A stretch of 64,000 nucleotides of DNA from Candidatus Methanomethylicia archaeon (lineage in GTDB: Archaea; Thermoproteota; Methanomethylicia; Culexarchaeales; Culexarchaeaceae), in the NCBI GenBank assembly GCA_038727515.1, contig JAVYVS010000001.1, positions 1 through 64,000 of the forward strand, written 5' to 3'. Under the pieces are notes generated by a model, which was not told the origin of the DNA, ran no database searches, and saw only the letters and a program-made list of their open reading frames with translations. This document shows positions 1 to 9,147 of this stretch, piece after piece (position 1 is the first letter of the stretch; each line of letters opens with the position of its first letter). The position numbers and the translations under genes were made by a program.

Positions 1-75
1 CTTCTAACCGCGCCCACCCTAACCACCAATAAACTATTCAAAAGTTTTTAATACTCAATTTCACTATATAAATTT

Positions 76-2581
76 CTTTCAATTCCCTTTGTTGGGTTCT
101 GCGTAATAGCTGCACTAGAAGGTAAACACACATATAAAAGCTTTCAATTCCCTTTGTTGGGTTCGGGAAAATGTGGTGTACATGAATTTAGGTATAAATT
201 ACGACTTTCAATTCCCTTTGTTGGGTTCTTTATTTTATTTTTCCCTTTTTATTTGGGGGTGATTAAACTTTCAATTCCCTTTGTTGGGTTCGTGAAATTT
301 TATGAACAAACATGAAAACTTGAAGCATGCGGGCTTTCAATTCCCTTTGTTGGGTTCTTCTCTCATGTGAAAGTATCCATGCCTTCCCCGCCCAGCTACT
401 TTCAATTCCCTTTGTTGGGTTCAAAAAGGTGTTGATGTTAGAACTGAAGTAAATACTCTAAGCTTTCAATTCCCTTTGTTGGGTTCTTATTTACACTTAA
501 CAAGTTCGTTTTAAAATCATAATTTCTTTCAATTCCCTTTGTTGGGTTCTTTCCGACATTATAATGCACCTACCATTTTCTTTTGCATAATCTTTCAATT
601 CCCTTTGTTGGGTTCATTAGTTACAAAGCTATCAATTAAATTACAGATAGTTAAACTTTCAATTCCCTTTGTTGGGTTCGGTTAATGAGAACCTCGTGAG
701 CCCTATCCTGCCCTCATCCCCTTTCAATTCCCTTTGTTGGGTTCAGGAGCTCCCATCGAGGATTTCCCTATTCCACTCCCTATCACTTTCAATTCCCTTT
801 GTTGGGTTCGGCAATCTCCATGGTGGAGAGGACTGCGTAATTCTCCCTGACTTTCAATTCCCTTTGTTGGGTTCACTCCAAAAATAGATAAGGTAATAAA
901 TACTTTGAAAAAATCTTTCAATTCCCTTTGTTGGGTTCAGGGAGAGGGTTGACCCATTGATGAGGCTTGAGGCTGCAACTTTCAATTCCCTTTGTTGGGT
1001 TCTTTCTTCAGGGTCTCATATAGATGGTATACGAGCCTTGGCTTTCAATTCCCTTTGTTGGGTTCGTTAGGGGCTTGAAGTGTCCAGCATAGGTTCAAGC
1101 ATGCGTCTTTCAATTCCCTTTGTTGGGTTCAGGAGCTCCCATCGAGGATTTCCCTATTCCACTCCCTATCACTTTCAATTCCCTTTGTTGGGTTCCAACA
1201 TCTTTCTTCTTTAATTGTTCAGCCGCCGCCTTAACTTTCAATTCCCTTTGTTGGGTTCCCAGATCGTGCCTCCTAGGCTGCTTATGCCCGCTGAAACCCT
1301 TTCAATTCCCTTTGTTGGGTTCGTAAAGTAGAAAGGTTTGTAGAAAAAATATGGGATTTAGCCTTTCAATTCCCTTTGTTGGGTTCTCATACATCACCTT
1401 GGAAGTGGAACAATGTACTCAGACTTTCAATTCCCTTTGTTGGGTTCCAGCTGAGAATCCACCAACAATCTGTCCATCCCTAACCACTTTCAATTCCCTT
1501 TGTTGGGTTCTACAAAACACAAAAAACAATATTACGAAAGACAAAACTTTCAATTCCCTTTGTTGGGTTCGGTGAAAAAATGGGTTTAAAAAAGGTTTGG
1601 CAACAAATAAACTTTCAATTCCCTTTGTTGGGTTCAAGAAGTTAAACCTATTGAAGAAAAGAAAGAGAAAATCTTTCAATTCCCTTTGTTGGGTTCCTCA
1701 ACTTCCACTCGAAAACAAGCACGATAGTTCACTACCTTTCAATTCCCTTTGTTGGGTTCAACGTTTCGCAGAGCGTTTACAAGCCTCAGAGACCGTTTCT
1801 TTCAATTCCCTTTGTTGGGTTCTTTACTCTGGCGTGGAGAAATAACTAAAGAAGAATACATCTTTCAATTCCCTTTGTTGGGTTCAGAGATCCAAATAAT
1901 ACCTCACTACTTTCCAATTCTTTAATCGCTTTCAATTCCCTTTGTTGGGTTCTCCCTTGCTTTCTAATGTAATTTCGCTCTCACTTACAACTTTCAATTC
2001 CCTTTGTTGGGTTCCATTATTTACGTCTCCATATGTGTTTATGGTTCCATCATCTTTCAATTCCCTTTGTTGGGTTCATGTGGCTGACAAGTGGAATAGA
2101 AGATTGAAGGCTGCAACCTTTCAATTCCCTTTGTTGGGTTCCAAATGGAGGACTATTATCAGCAATATGGAAGGAAGATGGCTTTCAATTCCCTTTGTTG
2201 GGTTCTGGTGTAGGTTGCTTTTCGGCGTGGAGCAAAACGATATGCTTTCAATTCCCTTTGTTGGGTTCGGTTGCCGCGGACCAGACCCAGCTTGAGATGG
2301 AGTTCCCTTTCAATTCCCTTTGTTGGGTTCCTTAAAATAGTTAGAAATAAAGGGTATAATAGGTAAATACTTTCAATTCCCTTTGTTGGGTTCCTAACAA
2401 GGTTAAGTATTTAGAGGAATGGGGTTTAAGTGCTTTCAATTCCCTTTGTTGGGTTCCCCACACTGACATTCCAGGTTAACGCTACAGGCAACATGACTTT
2501 CAATTCCCTTTGTTGGGTTCTCTCCACAATTCTTCTTGGATCGTGTGAAAATGAGAACTTTCAATTCCCTTTGTTGGGTTC
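76..2581 (-). CRISPR. CRISPR array 1: 40 identical 24-nt repeats (CTTTCAATTCCCTTTGTTGGGTTC on +; GAACCCAACAAAGGGAATTGAAAG on -) and 39 spacers of 36-43 nt
   Basis: Repeats counted directly from 76 to 2558-2581. Minus orientation is inferred from the 3' ATTGAAAG end, the BRE/TATA leader beyond 2581, and the degenerate low-coordinate repeat of array 2. Confidence 0.99.
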
Positions 2582-2900
2582 CGATATTATTATTTCTTTT
2601 TTTGGTTTAAAAAGGTTTTTCCCATGATGAATTGTAATACGATCATGGCACAAACAAAACTTGCATTAAATTAATGATCAAATGCACCAATTCATGATAT
2701 AGTTCACTATAGAGTTATGCGTAAAATATTCGACAATAGACGTAAAGTAATTCGACAATCCATAGTTTACCACAAGATAAACTATAATTATGATTATTGA
2801 TTGCACTTTTGAGTGTAGAAGTGTGTTATATAATTTTTGAAGGGCAATTTAATAGATTTAATGCGTGGAATTGATGGAGGGTATATGTTGATTTATTGAT
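2582..2900 (-). promoter_or_regulatory. CRISPR leader of array 1 with BRE-TATA promoter
   Basis: AT-rich non-coding region. The minus strand reads GGGAAAAACC-TTTTTAAA at 2623-2606, about 25 nt before the first repeat. The outer boundary is approximate. Confidence 0.75.
2720..2759. repeat. Imperfect direct repeat in CRISPR leader (CGTAAAATATTCGACAAT / CGTAAAGTAATTCGACAAT)
   Basis: Copies at 2720-2737 and 2741-2759, about 21 bp period. Confidence 0.8.
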
Positions 2901-3032
2901 TACTTTTATTTTGTTCATATTTTGGATGAGGTTTATGGTTAGACCATATCTAGATCTTGGTTATGGACATTTATTGATAGAAAGCATCTTCTTGTATCGC
3001 TTGATGAAGGTTTTGCAGAGTTTCCCATAATT

Positions 3033-3614
3033 TTATGTTTTTCTCTTTTGTGCGTGTATGTATGCTATTGATATGATGGTTGTTTGTATGATTGTTGCGA
3101 GGATTATTGTTGCTTGGTTTGTCATTATGCTCATTAATTGTGGTATTTGTATGATTGTCGTTCCAAATGATATTTTCCCAGCACTTGAAATATAATTTAA
3201 ATTTAAGTTTAAATTGGTGGTTTCTTGTTCTAGTATTTTGAATAATCCAAGTATTAATCCACAAATGTTTATTGATGCTAATCCTCCTCCAAACATTAAT
3301 TTCACCATATGTACACTTACCTTTCCTCTGTAGACATTGATTATGACATTTATTGCTATGGATATTTGGTATACTGCCAATATTAGTATTGGGATGGTTA
3401 GTATTGGTATTGTTGAGAGAAAATCTATGAGTATTGTTTTATTATAGTATTCCAGTTTACTGTGTAGTAGTGCAATATATCCATTTATAACTCCGCTTAA
3501 GATGTATTTTGGCGTGAAGATTATTGTTAGTATGTATGCTGTATAGATTATTGTTGAAATTGATGATATTAATATGATGATTTTATCTTGTGAAATCAAT
3601 TTGTTTTCTCTCAA
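3033..3614 (-). CDS. Multi-pass membrane protein, last gene of putative fibre/pilus operon
   Basis: 193 aa with about 4 hydrophobic segments; overlaps the 3' end of the signal peptidase gene. Confidence 0.7.
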   Translation of the reverse strand: MRENKLISQDKIIILISSISTIIYTAYILTIIFTPKYILSGVINGYIALLHSKLEYYNKTILIDFLSTIPILTIPILILAVYQISIAINVIINVYRGKVSVHMVKLMFGGGLASINICGLILGLFKILEQETTNLNLNLNYISSAGKISFGTTIIQIPQLMSIMTNQATIILATIIQTTIISIAYIHAQKRKT

Positions 3615-4689
3615 TTATCTCCACCCCAAGAAGGTTATATCTAAATTCAATGTATGCGTATTGCGCTTTTCCTTCAATCTTTAATTCATAGTTTTCTTCA
3701 GGATTAATTGTTATGGGATTTAATTCATCAATATCTATGAGTTCTGTGAATCCAGCTTCATTAAGATTAATGTATACTATCCTTATACTACTCAAATTTA
3801 TTGGTATGTAATTTGGATTTTCAATTAATAATACTTTATTGATTATAGTGGTATTAAGCTTTCTCCAATTAATTATATACTTATATTCTCCTTCCAAACA
3901 ACCTCTATCAAATACAACTTTTAATTTAAAATTAATTTCCTCTAGATGATTTCTATATGCTAATTGATATAATTCTATTGGTGTTTCAATGATTATGGTA
4001 TCGCTACCATTTAAATAGGCTTCTAATGTTAATGTCTTATTCGCTACTTTAAATATGCATTTCTCAACTGCCTTCATTTGAGTATGTATTACATTGTATT
4101 TAACAATTACTTGATTATGATTTAATACTTTTATACATCTTAATTCTACTGATGGATTAGATATTACTGATTGTATTGGTGTATCATTTATTGGAGTAAT
4201 TGATATGATTGTTAATGTTGAGATTATGAATATTATTGGTGTAATGTTTTCATCATGAACCTTTAATAATTCAATTAACTCCTTATGTTTTACAATTATC
4301 ATTGTTATTACTGGGATTATTGTGAGAGTTATCCATATATTGCGTGGAATTATCATTATAACCTTATATTTAATATCATTGATTGTTATTGGTGGATCAA
4401 AATTTTCAGTATTATCTCCCTTCATTATGATTTTATCTTCATGGACTTCTACAATTCTATGGGATATGTATTGCATATATCCATTATAGCATAAAACTAT
4501 ATCTCCAACATTACATCTCAAAATATCTTTTGATACTGATATCAATATGTCTCCGTGATTTATTGTTGGATTCATTGAATAACCAGTATAGATGACTATG
4601 TTTATTGGCATCGGAATAATTCTACCGGTAAATTGAATCGTTGAAAATATGATTAGGATTATCAATGGAATTCTCCAATCAAATTTCAT
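3583..4689 (-). CDS. Signal peptidase I (S26, SipW/archaeal Ser-His type) with long C-terminal extension
   Basis: Motifs GYSMNPTINHGD (catalytic Ser), SHRIV (His) and KGDN, followed by two TM segments and about 200 aa of beta-rich tail. Confidence 0.9.
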   Translation of the reverse strand: MKFDWRIPLIILIIFSTIQFTGRIIPMPINIVIYTGYSMNPTINHGDILISVSKDILRCNVGDIVLCYNGYMQYISHRIVEVHEDKIIMKGDNTENFDPPITINDIKYKVIMIIPRNIWITLTIIPVITMIIVKHKELIELLKVHDENITPIIFIISTLTIISITPINDTPIQSVISNPSVELRCIKVLNHNQVIVKYNVIHTQMKAVEKCIFKVANKTLTLEAYLNGSDTIIIETPIELYQLAYRNHLEEINFKLKVVFDRGCLEGEYKYIINWRKLNTTIINKVLLIENPNYIPINLSSIRIVYINLNEAGFTELIDIDELNPITINPEENYELKIEGKAQYAYIEFRYNLLGVEIIERKQIDFTR

Positions 4690-5861
4690 TTTGAAGTCAC
4701 CATGATTCTAATTGGATAATTAACTGTTACAATATCATTAACTCCATATTTTAAGTATGATTTTATCGTTAAATCCCATGTGAATGGTGTTAATGGATAT
4801 GGTGCTGTTAAATTTATAAATAGACTTAAGTATCCACCAGTATTTATCGTAATTTTTGATGTTTCCCCCAATTCTATATTTCCATTTATGATCTTTACTT
4901 GTTGAGTATATTGCCCAGATTTATTTAACCATAATGATGCATTAAATCTTTGTGGTATAATTCCCTCAATTGCATAAACCTCTAAACTTACATTATAAAC
5001 TCCAATTTCATCAAATATAATCAATGAATTTTGTGGATATACGTAATATGCAACTACTTTACCCGTATTCCCCGTGCGATGTTCTGTAAATAAATTGTCA
5101 ATTCCATCTTCAAAATCCTCTGAAATACTCATTTCAACATCATCTATGTATGCATAAAACTTCAAATATAATCTATCTTGATTTAACCATCCAAAATATG
5201 ATTGAAATACTGTAACCATCATTAGGATGTTTAATGTGTAATCGTATATTTTAACATCATCAATAAACCACTCTATAATTAAAGTTACTCCATCAATTGA
5301 TCTTTCCAATCTTATTTTGAAGTTATGTTCTTGATTTGGATTTATGCTGAATTGTGGGCTTTGGCCTTCTGAAGCTGGGTCTGGTTCTGTTGATAATCCT
5401 AAGGCTGCTCTAACGTAACTACCATAGTATATTATGCTTGCAAGATAGTAATCTAGATCGCAAAGGAAATATACATCTAATATTATCATTCCATCTCCAA
5501 TTGGATCTTCAAAATGCGTTATATGTAGTTTCCATTTAACTTCATAATATTCTCCATTCCCTAAATTAACGTTTGCTGATGGCCCCTCAACGTATATGTA
5601 TCCATTTTCATCTTCATCATAAATTTTTAGAGCTAGATTATTTGTTAATGTTATATTTGCTGAAGTTTTCGTTTTTCCAATAATTACATTCACATTTGGA
5701 TTTCCTGGATCTATGAGGTGTATTGGAGGTTTAACTGGATTTAAATCTATTGAAAATGGATTGTATACGTATGTTGATGCTAAACTTAAATATCCAATTA
5801 GAATTGTAGACGTTAATAACATTATTAATATTTCATGTTTGCATCTCATTTCTAAACCCAT
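4686..5861 (-). CDS. Secreted beta-rich protein; putative minor pilin/adhesin, paralog of 5877-6464
   Basis: N-terminal signal peptide, then YVYNPFSIDLNPVKPPIHL...VIIGKTKTSANITL, which matches the neighbour's N-terminus; ATGA overlap with the peptidase gene. Confidence 0.65.
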   Translation of the reverse strand: MGLEMRCKHEILIMLLTSTILIGYLSLASTYVYNPFSIDLNPVKPPIHLIDPGNPNVNVIIGKTKTSANITLTNNLALKIYDEDENGYIYVEGPSANVNLGNGEYYEVKWKLHITHFEDPIGDGMIILDVYFLCDLDYYLASIIYYGSYVRAALGLSTEPDPASEGQSPQFSINPNQEHNFKIRLERSIDGVTLIIEWFIDDVKIYDYTLNILMMVTVFQSYFGWLNQDRLYLKFYAYIDDVEMSISEDFEDGIDNLFTEHRTGNTGKVVAYYVYPQNSLIIFDEIGVYNVSLEVYAIEGIIPQRFNASLWLNKSGQYTQQVKIINGNIELGETSKITINTGGYLSLFINLTAPYPLTPFTWDLTIKSYLKYGVNDIVTVNYPIRIMVTSK

Positions 5862-5876
5862 ACATTAATTTAATTG

Positions 5877-6464
5877 TTATGGTGGAGTTTCAATGTTTTG
5901 TGTACTATATATTAGTTTTAATGTTGCTGAATCACTTGTGAAAGGTGGATTATTATAGCTTCCATCAGTTTCACTTATTTCAATTTCCACATTAATTATC
6001 CATTCAGCTTTTCCATTAATTTGAACATAACTAGTTCTACCAGTTGTTAATAGGTTTACTTCAAGCTTCATTATGTTTCCTTCATAGAAGTACATTTTTG
6101 CACTTGTTATTTTACTATTTGTTAATGGTCTCGTTACATCTATCATAATATAGTATGCATTGCTATCTGTATTGTTTATTCTTGCAATATCCTTATAATA
6201 TGTTTTCTGATATGTGGGATGTAATGTTATTGATATGCTTGTATTTGCACTCCCTATACTTACGGTTATAATGGTCTCTCTAAGATCTCTTTTCCCAGTT
6301 CCACTACCATACTTGAATATTACTGGTGGAATTGTTGGGGATATATATGTTGTTAATGGATAGTATGTGAATACATATGCATTAACAAAACCAGTTATTA
6401 ATGTAAGTACTGTTAATAGTAGTATTTTGTTATATCTTTCCCTAATTTTAATCATAGCCATCAA
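5877..6464 (-). CDS. Secreted protein; putative major fibre subunit (AbpA/TasA-like)
   Basis: Signal peptide ending GFVNA, then YVFTYYPLTTYISPTIPPVIF; about 170-aa T/S/I-rich beta mature domain; first gene of an operon carrying its own signal peptidase. Confidence 0.65.
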   Translation of the reverse strand: MMAMIKIRERYNKILLLTVLTLITGFVNAYVFTYYPLTTYISPTIPPVIFKYGSGTGKRDLRETIITVSIGSANTSISITLHPTYQKTYYKDIARINNTDSNAYYIMIDVTRPLTNSKITSAKMYFYEGNIMKLEVNLLTTGRTSYVQINGKAEWIINVEIEISETDGSYNNPPFTSDSATLKLIYSTQNIETPP

Positions 6465-6628
6465 AATAACATATAATAAAGCTCAATAGAAAAAATTTAT
6501 CATTAAGTGGATTCTCCAATTAAATGTTTGTTCATATTATGGTATACTTTTTCCACACATTGAACATATTTTTCATGGGTATTCTTTATTTATACATATC
6601 TACTCAGATATTTTCGGTGAAGTAAATT

Positions 6629-7912
6629 ATGAAGGGAATTAATATACTCGTAATGTTGATGACTTTTCTATCATTAGTGGTAGCTCCAACACTTGGGGTT
6701 AACGTTTCCATTCAAGTTAATGATGGTAAACGTGTTGAAAATATGATTAATATTGCTGAGAAAGCTAAGATTAGAGTTGAATCATTAATTGCTACAGTTG
6801 AAAGCAATAGTACTTTGATTACTTTGATTTCTAGTGCAGGTTTAAGTGATGATTTTAATGGTAATAAAACTCTATTCGAAATGGGTATATCACTTCTTAA
6901 CAATGCAAAGATTGCGTATAATTCTGGTGATTATGTTTTAGCTTTAAATTACACTATACAAGCACTTGACTTATTTAGAATGGTATTTAGAAATATTCAT
7001 GTGATTGTTTGTAAAGCTGGTGGATGTCTTGAGAGAGAAGATGTTTTGAAGGCTGAGGGTTTAATTGTAGCTATGAATAGAACTAGAGAACGTATTCGAA
7101 ACATGTATGAGATTGAAGGTTTACCTGAAGCTGTTATTGAAATATTATCTAAAGCTGAAAGCTACTTGGATATTACAGTAGCCCATAAACTTTTAGCTGA
7201 AGGTAATGTTAGTGGTGTGGCTCATAAGCTTGCTGAAGCTGAAAAACTTGTTTCAGAAGCTTTTAGTATGATTAAGTCTAAGGCTGAAGAGAAGGTTTCT
7301 GAGAGAATCGAGAAATTCATTGTTAAATTCAATGAAACCTTTGAGAAAGTTTTGAGTAAAGCTGAATCACTTGGTGTTAATGCTACTAAAGTTTTGAATA
7401 TGTTTGGTTTAAAGGGTGTTGAAGATATTTATGTTATGAAAAATGATTTTGTAAATCGCATAAAAAGCTATATTAAGCTTGGACAATTTGAAAAGGCTAT
7501 TAATGAGATGAATAAAGCTCGAGAGAAAATTGATGAAATAAATAGGGAGATGGAAAAATGGCAATGGCAGTTTAGATATAACTTTAGTGTTGGAGTTGAA
7601 ATTCAAGTGGAGAAGAACATTAAAAAGCCATTTATAACTTTAAGTGTAACAATATTGAATACTGGTAATGCAACGATAATATTCCCAAATTCCATGTGTG
7701 GTTTAACCATTGAGAAGAAGGTTGGTGAAGAATGGAAACCATTCTATGTTCCTATAGCAGCTCAAGTTCTAACAGAACTTAAACCGGGTCAAAGCAGACA
7801 TCTGAATATTAAATTTGCATTTGAACATGGTACATATAGAGTTGTCATCCATGGAATGTGTGAAAAAACGTTTAACCCAGTGATCTATTACAAAGAATTT
7901 ACAATACCATAA
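6629..7912 (+). CDS. Secreted protein: long alpha-helical region plus C-terminal Ig-like domain
   Basis: Signal peptide; A/E/K-rich helical region; C-terminal TILNTGN...LKPGQS...GTYRV Ig-like pattern; GGTGA SD. Confidence 0.75.
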   Translation: MKGINILVMLMTFLSLVVAPTLGVNVSIQVNDGKRVENMINIAEKAKIRVESLIATVESNSTLITLISSAGLSDDFNGNKTLFEMGISLLNNAKIAYNSGDYVLALNYTIQALDLFRMVFRNIHVIVCKAGGCLEREDVLKAEGLIVAMNRTRERIRNMYEIEGLPEAVIEILSKAESYLDITVAHKLLAEGNVSGVAHKLAEAEKLVSEAFSMIKSKAEEKVSERIEKFIVKFNETFEKVLSKAESLGVNATKVLNMFGLKGVEDIYVMKNDFVNRIKSYIKLGQFEKAINEMNKAREKIDEINREMEKWQWQFRYNFSVGVEIQVEKNIKKPFITLSVTILNTGNATIIFPNSMCGLTIEKKVGEEWKPFYVPIAAQVLTELKPGQSRHLNIKFAFEHGTYRVVIHGMCEKTFNPVIYYKEFTIP

Positions 7913-7971
7913 ATTTTTGAATTAAAATATTTTTATTCAAAGTATTATATTCTATATATTTTTTAGGAGTT

Positions 7972-9090
7972 TTACGTTAATTCAATAACGTTCTGTAATC
8001 CAACTTTTCTAACCTTTATAATCCCTTTATTTTCCAGTCTTCTAACCATTCTCCATAGTGTTGTTCTAGGTATACTTGGAAACTTCTCCCTCAATTCTGC
8101 TTCCAAGACTTTTCCACCCTTCTCCCTTATATACTTTAATATTTCCTCCTCTTCCTCCGTTAACTCTTTCAATTTCCCTTTACCCATAACTCTTTTAATT
8201 GGATATTTCCATATGAAGTATATTGCAATAATGGCTATTACTACCCCAATACCAATGATGATTGGAGTTATTAATGGAGCTCTATACTCTCTTACAATTA
8301 TTGTATACGTAGCTGTTTTTGTAATTCCCCTACCACTGGCTAATATTGTTATTGTATAAGTTCCAGGTGGAACATTTTGTGAAACTTTTATATTCATTAT
8401 GCTTGTGAATGGTGGTATCCCAATTGAAGGGTTGAATGATACTTCTATTCCTTGAGGTTGTCCAATTGCTGATAGTGTTATTTGACTTGGTGTCCCCATG
8501 GTTTGAGCTATGTTTATAGTTGTTGATACACTTTCACCTTGAATTACTAGACTTGTTCCTTGTATTAATGTTATTGTAAAGTCTATTGGTGGTGTAATTG
8601 GAATTTCATAGCTTATTTCACAATATCCAGCTGGCATTGAAATAATTATCTTCTTATCTATTGTGGATATTTGTGTTGGTATTGTATTTATGTAGATTAT
8701 CGTGGAATTTTCTGGTAGTATTACATTTATTTCAAATGGTGAATTAAATTCTAGAGTCCAAAGCCCAGCGTTTTTTGATGTTAAATCGTTTGTATCATAT
8801 TCTAATATTGTGGTTTTTGCTCCCAATGTGTATATAGTTATGTTCTGTTCATCTATGCTATATGCTAATGGTATTTTGTTTTCATCTATTGCTAATATGT
8901 TTACCGCATTTTTTGATAATAGGGGGATTGTTATTGATGGATATGTTTCATTTACAGTCATTACCATTTTTACATGAACTATTCCATCTTTATAAACTAT
9001 TAATGTAGCTTCATTTATTGTGTAAATTTGTTGTGCTTGCGTTATTGATATCATGATTAATGCAATTATGATTAAACTTTCTTTTCTCAA
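7972..9090 (-). CDS. Membrane-anchored winged-helix transcriptional regulator (COG2512-like)
   Basis: Signal peptide, extracellular beta domains, TM helix, then LTEEEEEILKYIREKGGK...PRTTLWRMVRRLENKGII wHTH. Confidence 0.85.
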   Translation of the reverse strand: MRKESLIIIALIMISITQAQQIYTINEATLIVYKDGIVHVKMVMTVNETYPSITIPLLSKNAVNILAIDENKIPLAYSIDEQNITIYTLGAKTTILEYDTNDLTSKNAGLWTLEFNSPFEINVILPENSTIIYINTIPTQISTIDKKIIISMPAGYCEISYEIPITPPIDFTITLIQGTSLVIQGESVSTTINIAQTMGTPSQITLSAIGQPQGIEVSFNPSIGIPPFTSIMNIKVSQNVPPGTYTITILASGRGITKTATYTIIVREYRAPLITPIIIGIGVVIAIIAIYFIWKYPIKRVMGKGKLKELTEEEEEILKYIREKGGKVLEAELREKFPSIPRTTLWRMVRRLENKGIIKVRKVGLQNVIELT

Positions 9091-9147
9091 TTTTTCTCCC
9101 CCATCTTATATACGTGAAATTACATAATATTGTAATGACAGTACATT

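Noticed and set aside
1571-1611. Spacer segment GGTTTAAAAAAGGTTT resembling the leader TATA region (GGTTTAAAAAGGTTT, 2604-2618); possible self-targeting
   Set aside because: Only about 15 low-complexity nt match, with an indel, and the flanks differ. No full-length self-match was noticed by eye, though an exhaustive search was not possible.
939-2117. Two spacers (939-978 and 2078-2117) with similar ends, TTGA(A)GGCTGCAA
   Set aside because: The match is too short to establish a shared target
669-2627. ORF-track ORFs within array 1 (and 63289-63649 in array 2)
   Set aside because: They are translations of CRISPR repeats (recurring FNSLCWV, LSIPFVGF, FQFPLLGS), not genes
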